From Rotaria socialis (taxonomy: Eukaryota): a stretch of DNA of 64,000 nt. Where the stretch lies: positions 1 through 64,000 of the forward strand of contig CAJNYD010000547.1 in the NCBI GenBank assembly GCA_905331295.1, in the 5' to 3' direction. The translations under genes were made by a program, and so were the position numbers. Of this stretch, positions 52,088 to 64,000 are shown piece by piece. Each line of letters opens with the position of its first letter. The stretch's first letter is position 1. The notes beneath the pieces are model-generated. The model was not told the DNA's origin and searched no databases. It worked only from the letters and a program-made list of their open reading frames with translations.

Positions 52088-54217
52088 ACCAATAGTTACT
52101 ATTGTAGTTGAAGATGACCGAGTCACAAAGAAAAGTATTAATCTACTTTCGGAACTAATACTTTCCATGTCATAGCCCTCGAAAATCAATCTAACTAAAA
52201 ATTGTACTATTTATATTCTTAAAAACAATATACTTACCATCGAAGTTAGGAGAGATTAAAATTATCTCTGTAATAATATATTGGACGCATTATACAAAAC
52301 AACTGATTAGTCATGCCTTCTTTTAGTATTCGTTTAGAATTATTGGGATGTTAATATTCCATTCTGGATACCATGCCATGAAATTTCTTTCTTTATTTTG
52401 CTTTCCGAAATAAAGATAGTTTCATTTTACTGTTTTTCAAATAATTGCATTACTCATAAAGGTTTCGGTGGTTATAACGACACGGGTCACGTTGATAAAA
52501 TTCCCCAAAATAATCAAGATGATTATTAGCGTTTTGGTAAGAATAAACTCTTTACGGCAGCTGTCAATTTATTTTGTTGATTTCTACAGCCCATACCATA
52601 ATTGATAATAAGCGTATTTATGATATTCTTGATCATGTCTTTGACCTATACATTAGTTTTTAAATTGATTTATGAATATATTAATAGTATGAAAAGAAAA
52701 ATTGAAGTAAACTTCAACAAACTTTTGGATATCACAAAAAAGGAACGCTATTCTCTTTCATTAAATTTTTCGTTTATATATTTCTGTTCGAACTTTGAAC
52801 TATTCGAAACGCTAAATTTATCAATTCATCCAATCCATCATTAAATCTTCTTTTTTTTTAGTATTGATTTAAAAAAGAAAGAAGAATATCTTCTTTTTAT
52901 TATTATCAATAGCAAACGTCTTTTATAACATACAGTTCTGATGAAGTACAGGAAAATGATTAATTGATGCAGTTCTTTTTTATATACATATGGTAAATGA
53001 GATACAAGTACGAAATAAAAAATTTATCGGATTTTATAATCTGCAGATGATAACAGAATACGCTCTGTATCCTTCATTTCTCTGATGACATCAGTTTCGA
53101 GATTTGCAAAACAATAAGCATGAATCTCTATGGTTTTAGTGCTCAATGTGAGCAATGCTTTGAAACTTTGCTTCTGAAAAATCTCCCCTCCCAAAGATAC
53201 AGCTATACTATATGTTCAATAAATTTTATCATAAATGATTGATTTAAATAAATGTTGAGAAAGAAATTATTTGACGAGGCTTTTCGACGAGTTTTCTCAT
53301 ACACTTTATACCCTAATCTGATTAACCGACATCTAGATAACATGTTCGTGAGAGTTGCCATCGTCTATTGTACGTGATGATTACGATAACATGGAGACGT
53401 TAATTGCAGAGAGAAATCTAGATATGAATGTCAACATGTAACCATAAAAAAATGACGAGGATTGTCTTTTATCAATTTGAGGCAGCCAACGAACGAAAGG
53501 ATCTTTTACTTTTTATTCTAAAAAAATATCCGAGACGTTGCTTTAGAGAGAAGCAACTCATTTAGTTATATGTAATTGTTACTGTTTGAACGCAGTAGAG
53601 ATTTTGAAAACGATTTCGTATCGTTGAGTGCTATTATAAAACTAGTATTCGATTGAATTAATTTCCTATGAAAATTAAAATATTTTTATTAAACAAGAAA
53701 AATGATTGACAAATCAGAAGAAATGATTTTTTGGAAATAAATATCTGAAAGAAAAAGTTTTTTTTTGTGAAATGATCCGTATTAGCACTAATCTTTTAGG
53801 ACAATTGCTTTTACAGATTATCTGTTGATTACCTTATCGCAAAGGGCATTTGTATACTTTGGAAGCATGAAAATGTTTATTGTCACAGATGTGAAAAAAG
53901 AAAATAAAATATATATTGTTTCCATTTTTGTAATTGTTTGTAAATAATAATAGATTTCAAATCTTATTTATATAAATTTATTTATAAAAAAAAAAGAAAA
54001 TTAACTTATCATAGAGCAAATCATTAGAATAAGATACATTTTGATATTGATATTCCATAAATCAATAACATAATAAAATATCGACAAAAGGCCACGAAGT
54101 TTTTCTCCGCCTTAACTCGCTTCTTAATAATTCTTCAATCTTTCCGACAGATAGAACAACAACAATTAATGATAGAAGAACAATAAGACCTTTATTTTTC
54201 CACATTTGCTAGCCGAC

Positions 54218-54225
54218 TATAAATA
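54218..54225 (+). promoter_or_regulatory. Candidate TATA box of the EF-hand gene
   Basis: TATAAATA about 60 bp upstream of the ATG at 54284. Confidence 0.45.
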
Positions 54226-54283
54226 AGGCTGATCTAGTTCTTTCTTTTAGCATACTTTCTTTCTTCCATCATTGAAAACTACA

Positions 54284-55035
54284 ATGGTAAGCCATAAGAA
54301 AGATATGTATGGATTAGATCTATCATGAATTTCATTTAGGCTACAGCTTCAAGCGAATTCTGGAATGAAAAAATGACACGTCTCTTTCATCTTTATGGTA
54401 AATAATCAAATAATTCAATTAGGAATAAAATATTTTCTCTTGTTTCTTTTTTTGTTCGTTTTATTTTAAGATGTTGATAGAGATGGATCAATCACACCAG
54501 TTGATTTCGAAATTCTCGCTGACAAACTTTCAGTACTTGTCGGACAAGGCGATTCATCGAAACGTGAAAACTATGCTGGCGCTCGAAAACTTCTTTGCGA
54601 AGAAATCATGAGAGCTGATGCAAACAATGATGGAAAAGTAACACGAGGTAAATTTGATTTTCAATCAACAAAGTCTAATAGACTATCTATTGTTTCTATT
54701 CTATGTTTACAGAAGAATGGCTTGACTTTCACCGACGTCTTGCTGCAGAATTACGTAAGCCAGGTACTCATCCTGAATTATTAGAACAATTAACTCGACG
54801 AATCAATACAACATTCAGTATGCTCGACCTTAACCACGATGGTCATATCGCACGTGATGAATGGGTAAAAATGTGCACATTCTTCGGTGTTGATAAAGAT
54901 GAAGCCGATAAATCATTTACATCAATTGCTGATGGCGATAAACTTCAAGAAAGTAAAGCTAAAATGCTTTTCTATGATTATATTAAAACTGATGATCCAA
55001 ATCATGTCTCCAATTGTTGTCTATGCTTTCTTTAA
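54284..55035 (+). CDS. Sarcoplasmic Ca-binding protein/calexcitin-like EF-hand protein, 4 exons (first coding exon is ATG only)
   Basis: FWNEKMTRLFHLY followed by loops DVDRDGSITPVD, DANNDGKVTREE and DLNHDGHIARDE; the fourth loop is degenerate. Confidence 0.88.
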
Positions 55036-55954
55036 ATGTTACTATCATTTTGGCCTTAATTGTCATCTGCAACGACTAACCATAAACATCCCGATATGTT
55101 ATGTGTGTGTGTGTATTGTATTGTATCCTTTTATTTAGTTTTAGACGCGTAGTTTTTATTGATTAGAAAAAACTAGATGACAAATAAACATGTTATAGAA
55201 CAAAATTCCACAATAAGTTTACTTGCTTTTCTTCTTAAATATAAACCTAAACATAAGATAAATGATAAATATTTTCATAATCCTTTCCATGTGTTGGCCA
55301 TCGAATTATAGCAATCAATAAGTCTACAGTAAACGTATAGTATGCAGCTCTATTAGTAACTAGATAATTATTGTCGATCTGACTTGTCCTTGTTAACGGT
55401 TCGTTTCAAAGCTGATAATAATAATAATAATAATAATAATAAGTCAGAGTGACTTAACTTTAAAAAAAGAAGAGAGCTCTTGTACGAGAGTCAGCTGCAT
55501 ATCTGTTTGCAAACCATATTCCAGACGCATTGATATACAATCTAATATATACGTATATCATTTTTTCTTGAAAAATGAAACAATAATTACGCGTTATTTG
55601 GTCTCTATTTTGATACAGCTATGAAGATATATGTATTAGCCAGTCATTGACATATAAATTGTTACTTATTGTTTACTACAAATATAATGAAGCAAGCGAT
55701 TCTGAATTACATCTTATCACAAAGAAAAATTGATTCTATCTGTTGAATATTTCAATGATATTATAACACATTCAATCGAAGCTTGAGTTCATCTTACTGT
55801 TTCTTTCTGGCTTGGAATAGTTAGTTCGAATATATGTGAAAACAATTTCATGTTGTTTATATTATTTATTTTTCTTAGTATCTTGTATGTGTATGTACAC
55901 AGAAAAATCTTCAAAATTACATATATACATGAAACAATTTTTTACTATTTCAAA

Positions 55955-57238
55955 TTAAAACCATCGTTTTCTTTTAAAATAAAACAACATACAAAGTGCT
56001 ATGAATATCATCAGACCAAGTGAGACGAAATATCCATGTTTCCAATGTATTTCAGGCATATTATCAAAATTCATCCCATATAAACCAGCTATAAATGTTA
56101 GAGGAATAAATATAGTAGAAATCATAGTCAATGTTTTAACAACTTCATTCATTGCATTAGAATTTAACATCATGTAAAAATCAATAAACGAAGCAAGCAT
56201 TTCGCGGTATGTGTCAATCGTATCGGTGACTTGTACAACATGATCATAGAGATCTTTCAAATAAATAATTGTACTTTCTTGTATAATTTGTGTTTCTTCT
56301 TCTTTTTGTAGTCGATTGATAATTTCTTTCAATGGTGATGTTAAACGACGATAATCAAGCATATCACGTTTAAGATCATAAATCGTTTCGAGAGTATCAC
56401 GCGATAAATTTTGCATTAATTGATGATCTATAGCTTCCAGTTTTGTATTTGCAATATCCAGTACATCCATATATTGATCGACGATCGCATCAACTAGTGA
56501 GTAAAATAAATAATCAATTTTTGATCTTCGAATACGACCTTTATTTTGACGAATTCGATCTAGATATTTAAAATGTATAATAAGAAATGCGTGAATATTT
56601 TACTCACTTTTAATACGTTCAAAAATATCGTTTGGATTCTGTTGAAACGTTATCAGTGTATTCTCTTTTACATAGAAACTAATTTGTTCGATGCGCGGCT
56701 TTCTTGAAATTTGATCAGGATAGATTAATTTAACAACTAAAAATAAAGCATCGTCAATAATATCTAATTTTGTACGTTGTTCATTGGTTTCAATGTCTAG
56801 CACAACGAGAGGGTGAATCTTAAATTGTCGACTAATATTTGATAGTAAAATTTTATCATGTACCTAAATACATGCAAACATTTTTACTTCCAAACAAAAC
56901 TATCAGCTTACACCAGTAACATTAATCCACATGCATGCGCCATTTTTTATTGTAGGGATGTTTTCTAAAGATTCATAATATTTTTCTTCCACTGAATCTC
57001 GATCATAGATGATTACTGATGGTATAACATGTTGAAATGAGTGCAGTTCTACACTTTGTATACCTGATGTTGCTGAACTATGACGAAATGAACTGCGACG
57101 AACACTTGTACAGGTTCTATTTCGCATTTTGTCTTCGCCCGCAAAGTAATCGGCAATATAATAATCACTTTCAGTTAATGGAGCGGAATTAAATCCTTCT
57201 AAATTAATAGAGTCTGTGTTTTGTGAAGTTACTTGCAT
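55955..57238 (-). CDS. corA: Prokaryotic-type CorA Mg2+/Co2+ channel, 3 exons (57238-56912, 56863-56608, 56559-55955)
   Basis: WINVTGVHD, IHPLVVLDI...[81 protein letters not shown] and terminal KRKRWF; two 48-nt GT-AG introns. Confidence 0.95.
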
Positions 57239-59081
57239 GATATTTGTTGCTGGTTACGTCGACAATGATGACGGTTTTTATTTTCAAGTAGCATTGCGAG
57301 AAGATCATGAATAAGGATTGCAGATAACAGAAAGCGCAACAAAAAAAAAAGATAATCATCACTTTACGCCTCTGTGTATTCATTTTTAAAACAGTTGGTT
57401 ATAGATAAAACAGATGATACATTGGTCATATACTCTTTTTACTAGAAAACAAAACAACAGATTTTGCATCGGAGAATTCATACAGATGTTATTTTCTTGC
57501 AAATAACATTCAGAAAAAACAGTCGCCTTTTTGCAGAAGATTTGATGTCGTTCTATACAAGTACAATTATTAGGTCAATATGAGAACTTTTAGAACAACT
57601 TTGTTTTTATTCATCTCACATTAACGATTTTACGCTGTATGTTACGTCTCAAAATATTACAATTATGATATTGATATTCTGATTTCAATGAATTCTGTGC
57701 ATTCCGGAAGACGATTACATCAGTAAATTATTCTTATTTCAATTCTAAAATATGCTAAATAGGATATCTTTATCTAGAAAAAATTTTCTTTTCTAGTCTT
57801 TGAAATCTATTACAAGAAGATAAAAATGTTTATCTATCTATTTGCTCTAAGCTGCGTCAGTCCAATAAATAACTGTGACGCAATCAAAAAATTGTCAAAC
57901 ATCAGAATATATAGCAAAACAAAAAATGTACTACAGATGAGTCCAAACTTAGATCAAACATAATTTTCATTCTTCCACTTTCTTGGCGTACTTACGAAAA
58001 TCGTGTTGAAATTCAATTTGAATTCAAAAATCGAATTTAGCGTAAAACTATATATATTTTTGACATGAGTGCATTTCCTTTCAAAAATTATTCGAGGAGA
58101 AAATATATTTCAATTTTGAGAGACTCACCGACTGGCTCTCAAATGGGAGACAATTAATGTTATCTAAAATAGTTTCTGTTGATCATCTGACATTCTTCAT
58201 ATAGTGATATCTTCATGAAACAGCTCTATTTCATTATGTCCCGTAATAATTTTCTTTCATCGGGTCAACATTTTTTGCATTGTAAATTTCATTGTGTGTT
58301 TTATCACACGATACTGATAAGAAAATTTCATTCTAATCGATTTTAAGCAAATGTAAAAGCTACATTGTTTTTAGTAGAAATGAATTTCTGATCGATTTAA
58401 ATTAAATTGTATCCCATCCGCTTTAGTATATTGACTTGAACAGTATACTTAATTAATGCCGTCTCTCCTTGATTTGACATGGAGAGAACATCTGTTAGTA
58501 GTTTTCAGATCATTAGTATAATATAGATCAAACGAGTTGACATGTCTATTTTTGTATTGATGAAGAAAACTTAAGATTAATTTTTTATTTCGATCTTAGT
58601 ATGATAATGTTTGCGAATTTTAAATTTTCCAATGAATAATTTTTCTGTAAAAATGATATTTAGCAAAACTACTTTCCAGTCGTCTATGCCTGATAAATAT
58701 CATATGCTAAAACTGAAGAACTCATCAACGATAATATATAGATATAGATATATTCCGTTAGATTTGCGTTGCCTAAATGTCTCATCAATCAATTGACAGA
58801 CATAGAAAAACTTGTTGATTCTAATTACCCAAACGATTTACTTGAAGGTTATAATGTAAATTGTCCATATTATCCAGTATTTGAGGAATGTTGATGAAAA
58901 ATTATTCAAAGAAATACTGATACATAGAGGCATATTAACATGTCAGGGCTATTATTTTTGTACTGCAGGAAAATGTGTTGAAAAAAATTCATATTTTAGT
59001 AGCTTCTTTCATTAAATTAGAATGTAGTATCATATACAAATCAATAAATGCAACAAATATTTCACAATATATATATATATA

Positions 59082-59798
59082 CAATGGTTTGCAAAAAGAC
59101 TTGGAACGAATCTTTAGTGTATATTAACGCCTTTTTTAGCTGCTTTCAAAAAAATGTTTCTATATTGACAGTCTCAGAATATCTGATCCAATATTTGATT
59201 CATTCTACTTTCTTTTCAATAACCAAGGTACATCTATCTTTTTTCTGTTAGTCAATTTTGATTATAAAGTTTTTCAATGTTCATCTTTTAGGCGATTCAA
59301 ATGGCGCGAGATGGAGCTCGTGGAAACCGTTAATTTACATTGTTCGCGTCATTTTTCAGTCAATTGTTGTAAAGTACTTCATTATTTTCTCGAATAAATG
59401 GACCTCATTTTTAGCTGTATTTGGTATTAATCACACTTTTTTCGACCACTAGTTGCTCAATATTCCCGAAAACATTGAGTTCTGAGATTTTTAATTTGGT
59501 ATCTAATTCTAGGCAATGTTATCTTTGCACATCGGTAGATTTTCTTATTAGAACAAATTCTGATGTTCCAATAATGTAATCAGAAAATTTGATATGATTT
59601 TAGACTGATTGTCTTGGCTACATCCGGTTATTATTACAGAACTATAAAATAGAAACCAATCAAATACATGAAATATTTTTCGTAGATAATCTACTTAGTG
59701 TAAATCTACAACAACCGCAAAGCAAAGGCTCAAGATAATCTAGAAAACATAAAATCTTTATGTTGTGAGATCGTTCCAAGTGTTTTTGCAAACCATTG
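59082..59798. mobile_element. Tc1/mariner-type non-autonomous element inserted in a (TA)n tract
   Basis: 28-bp TIR CAATGGTTTGCAAAAA(G/C)ACTTGGAACGA flanked by TA; no intact transposase ORF. Confidence 0.88.
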
Positions 59799-60833
59799 TA
59801 TATATAAATTTTATCTGTGAATTGTAGAATCCGATTTTTCTTTGTCTTGCAGTCGATTTATGGTTTTTCTTTTTAATGGTGACCGCGAACTATGGCGATC
59901 AAATTTATTAAAATTAAGATCACGAAAGATTTTCAGGATATCACATGATACATAAAGTTCGACTATCGTATTAATAATTGTCTAAATCAATATTTAAATA
60001 GTTAATTCATGTTTAATCTAATATGATCTATATTTAAATATCAAATGATTTACTTTCATACTTTGATCAGTACTTGTAAAGAAAATGGTTAAAGTTTAAA
60101 ATGTATTGACTTGGATATTTATTTTTCTGCTCATCACAAACAAAATGACATAATACATACGGATATCAAAAATAGATAAATTTAAGAAATATTTTTAGAT
60201 ACTGTAAAACCTCCAACATCGTGTATCATTTTAGAGAGTAAAAATGTGAGATGCTTGAAATAATCACTGGTTCCTGAATTTCCATAGCTTAAACTATTTG
60301 TTATGTGTATATTGCTTGAGATTGAGAGAAGCTTAGATGACCATGGTATACATTCCGAAAAGATACTAACATATGTTCAGTATAAATAAATTACTATACT
60401 GTAATGCCAAGCCATTTTACCGTCATGATCTTGAAAGACTAGCGAATTAATATAACACGGAACAAAGCATCCAAACTAGTCGGTTTCTCTTACGACAACG
60501 GATCGGGTAATGAAAGAATTGGAAAATTTATATTTGACTATGACTTCTTAACTTTTTGGAACTGCAGAAAGAATTATGTTCACATTCAAGTTTCTACTAT
60601 GGTATACTCAAACAATGATGTTCTGTAGGTCTAAGATTAAGAATAACAAATGATTTCGTATTTGCAAACGAGGCTGTGTTTTCCTCTCAGATTTATTTAA
60701 TATGATATTCGAAAAAAAATTTACTACTTTTTTTTCAAATCACAAAAACATTAACCTTTTATCTTGCTTTTTATTTCTGTTTTTGAAAACAAAACTCCAT
60801 TGCCTACTAAAGAAAACATAAAATATAAGAACG

Positions 60834-61762
60834 CTATGCTTTAGGTTTTCGTTTTGATAACTGATATTCATCCCATAATTTCGCCTTATCAACAGGAACA
60901 ATGACACATTTTATAGATACATCAACGAGTGGATTGATCTAAAAACATGAAAATGCTATTATATCATCAAAATAGAATTGCATTAAATTTTACTTTAAGA
61001 ACAACATTAAATTCTTCTCCTAATTTATATGTATCTTGATTGACAGCATTTTCTTCTAACATAATAGCGTCTTCATCACACATAACATTCTAAATATTTC
61101 AAAGCGAAATTAATTTCAAATAAAACAAATGCCAACAACATACAATACGTCGAAGTGCAATACGAATATTATCTCTTGTAACTGACCAATCTTTCAATTT
61201 AAGATTCATTGGTATTTGTAATAGAATCGATTTTAAGTAATCACGACATTTCATAACAAACGGTGATATTTGTGGTCGATCGACAAGTAATTTTCTTTCT
61301 TCTGCGAACAATGCAATATTTTCCGTTGTTGGATAAAGTGCTAATTGTGCTGGTAATAATTCTCTATAAGCTACTTCACGTGGAACATTAACTATTTCAC
61401 CTTTATAGCCAACACCTATTCATACGTCAATACTCATTATTAAATCGTTAAAATCATTTTTTTTTCTCTTGTTTTTACCTTCGACATATTCTGCTAGTAT
61501 TACATCGATATTTCCCCATTTTTCTGTGTCTGTATCGCGAACGATACGATATTGAAAATCGGTATATTTGTATTTACTATAATCATATATATTTTCCCAT
61601 GGACGCAATTTTGTCAATGGATGTACACGTTCGACAATAACAGTTGTCTGGAGAAAAAGCGATAGAAATGATGAAGTCTATGAAATAAATTATTTTGTTT
61701 ACCCGAATAGGAATTTGAATAATACGGGCAGATTGTAATGGTCGAATCAACGTTCGAATCAT
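60834..61762 (-). CDS. MRPL9: Mitochondrial ribosomal protein bL9m, 5 coding exons
   Basis: Arg-rich presequence, TTVIVERVHP, and L9 N-domain IDVILAEYVEGVGYKGEIVNVPREVAYRELLPAQLALYPT. Confidence 0.88.
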
Positions 61763-61915
61763 CTACAAAAGAGAAAAGCTATATGATGAAGAAAAGAAAA
61801 CAATATTCGTTTAAAAGAGCGAAAAAAAAATCAAGCACGCATATAACGAAGAAATAATTTAAAATAAATCAATAAAGAAAAAAAAACAATGCATGAAATG
61901 TTTTCGTTTTCGAAA

Positions 61916-64000
61916 TTATTCCATTGAAAATTGTTCGAGTTGATCACTTTTACTTAACCATGGTATACTGGTATCCGATGATTCAGTTTGAAAAACTGTT
62001 GAAATAAGATCTTTTACTTTAACATAAGTTTTATTTAATTGTTTAGCTTGTTGATAAGTTTTGTACGATAAAGAATTGTCGTTACGAAAATTTGCTTGAA
62101 TAAAATTTGTAAAATCTTCAAAAAGATTTCGCTTACTTAATAAAGACATTGATCGATCGTTTCTAAATAGAAAGACAAAATATTATAGAATATGTAGCTA
62201 AGTTATTGTCAAATTCAATTTCTAATCCATAAACAAAACAAAAAAGGCACAACGTCATCTTCGATAGATGATATCGAATAATATATTTACTTGCTTGAGT
62301 TACATTGGAAAGTATTCAACGATAACTCATGCATAGAATATTGCCAGAGGCGAAGGATCACAATAGGACTAGTCGATTTTATTTCTAGCAAAGTCGAGAT
62401 TGAATACTCTACGTCGCCGTGATCAGTAGAAAAATCTATTTTTACTTAGGATAATCTCTCAATTGTATTCTATGAATTGAATCTATTTAAACAGTAAAAA
62501 CGTATATAAATCTTACTTCAATCTTCCAGTCATAGGTTCTAATAATTCCATTGTATCAGGTACTGTAAGATTCCATGCAAATGCGCTTGTTTGAAGTTTA
62601 GCTACTTGTCTTTCTTGTTGAAATGATTTTGTTTTCGGACAATCAATATCAGGTAAATTACATACATATGGAGATGGTAATGAATTTAGATGTTCACTTA
62701 AACGTTGACATAATGAATATTTTACATAATTACGATCGAATGTTGTTTCACATGCTAATGTTATTGTATCAAGATATATTGGTTTCGTAAGAATATTGAT
62801 TAGGAGACCACCTTGAATACCTAAGATATTCCATCGATAGATTTTATCACTACATGATTTTATTGAATATTTGCTTGAACTTGTTGAACCCAGTATCGTA
62901 CCTTCCTTTGTACCTTGTTTATAACGTAGAGAATTCGATGACATATTAAAAGAAGCATTACCACATGGTAACGATGATATAAACATATGAAATGTTATAT
63001 TTTCATGAAGTTCATATTTATTACTCGTTGAATTATATGCAAAAATAGAGGATTTATTATTATCTTTTGATTGTTTAATTTGTTCGAATAAAAATCTAAT
63101 AAGACCACGCCGTACAAGTATTTCAGCATGGCAATCATGTAATGTTGTTCCATCGTCAGCATAATTAAGATTTGTTTCATCAAGACAAGAATTTCCTGTA
63201 GCAATACTAATGACACGTGCTTGTTCATATTGTCCATCAGTTATCATCAACATGCATGCAAGAGTTTTTCGACCAAGTAACAATTCATTGATGTTTAATT
63301 CCTGAAATGCCGATATAGATCGATGCGCGATATAATCATGTTTATGAGAAAATTCAAGGGAACATTGTTCGTTTTTGCATGACTCACGATATAGAATACG
63401 TAGAGCTTGATCACATGCTAATTTTTGAGCTTCATTCTTAGATGTACACTGGATTGCAGATGGAAATGAACGAGTATCAATTGAAATTATACATGTAAAC
63501 GATGATGGTAAAATAGTAGAAAATTCATAGGCTATTGTAAATTTCTTCTGTTGTGCGTATTCATTTAAAGAAGATAAGCAATTTGCACTTTGTAAAATAG
63601 ATAGAAGTTCATGACTTGAAAATAATGTATTAGTGTTTGACATAAATTGTGTTTGTATCTGCTCTTCTTTGACTATCACATCTAATGAACTGTTAACAGA
63701 TGAAGATATTAGTTGTTTTTTGTCAGTTGTAGTTGTAGTATCGGTGGCATTTTCAATCGATGAAGAAATTATTTGCTCTTTTTCAGATGAAATAACTTTT
63801 TCTTCGAGTGAGAGGATAGGCCGATCTTCAACAGGCATTGGAATCATAGGAATAGATGATGTACAAACTTCAGGATCAGTACTCGGTTTCCGTAGAATAG
63901 TTATTTGATGTGGAATAGGATTAGACGTTGGTACAGACGAGTTATCAATGTCATTAGTTGGTTTTGTTCTTTTCTTTTCTTTTGGTTCGATTGTACGGAT
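61916..64000 (-). CDS. ADAR-family dsRNA adenosine deaminase, 5' partial; exons >64000-62517 and 62162-61916
   Basis: dsRBD (SSLNEYAQQ...SKNEAQKLACDQAL) and deaminase motifs VISIATGN, DCHAE, PCG, SCSDKIYRWNILGIQG and WLSKS..EQF; the frame is open to the window edge. Confidence 0.92.

Noticed and set aside
55018..55035. CCLCFL as a CaaX prenylation signal
   Set aside because: Residue -4 is Leu, not Cys
55955..57238. CorA as bacterial contamination
   Set aside because: It has GT-AG introns and is contiguous with intron-rich animal genes
38359..64000. Tudor-SN, ADAR and local hairpins as a linked RNA-editing system
   Set aside because: The functional link is known in other animals, but the genes are 20 kb apart with unrelated genes between; nothing beyond co-location supports it

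Overview
AT-rich eukaryotic DNA with many ~50-60 nt GT-AG introns. Gene style and MITE content suggest a bdelloid rotifer, which is an inference rather than a demonstration. The left part (1-31 kb) is accessory and repeat-rich. It holds a decayed L1/Tx1-type retrotransposon, a TKL-type kinase ending in a motif resembling the PBCV basic adaptor, a ~14-microexon gene that is probably a pseudogene, a core-1 galactosyltransferase (C1GALT1), many MITEs and two long inverted repeats. The right part (31-64 kb) is a denser block of mostly conserved genes: DNAJB-type Hsp40, GADD45GIP1, CHIC, SND1/Tudor-SN, a DUSP, SSRP1, an SCP-like EF-hand protein, a bacterial-type CorA with introns, MRPL9 and an ADAR-family gene running off the window. 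Best leads are the kinase-basic adaptor fusion, an animal SSRP1 with no HMG box, the intron-bearing CorA (likely horizontal transfer), operon-like gene pairs with unpaired splice acceptors, and the composite palindrome at 29.1-30.7 kb. All calls come from reading the sequence by eye; no database searches were run, and exon boundaries are hand-inferred.
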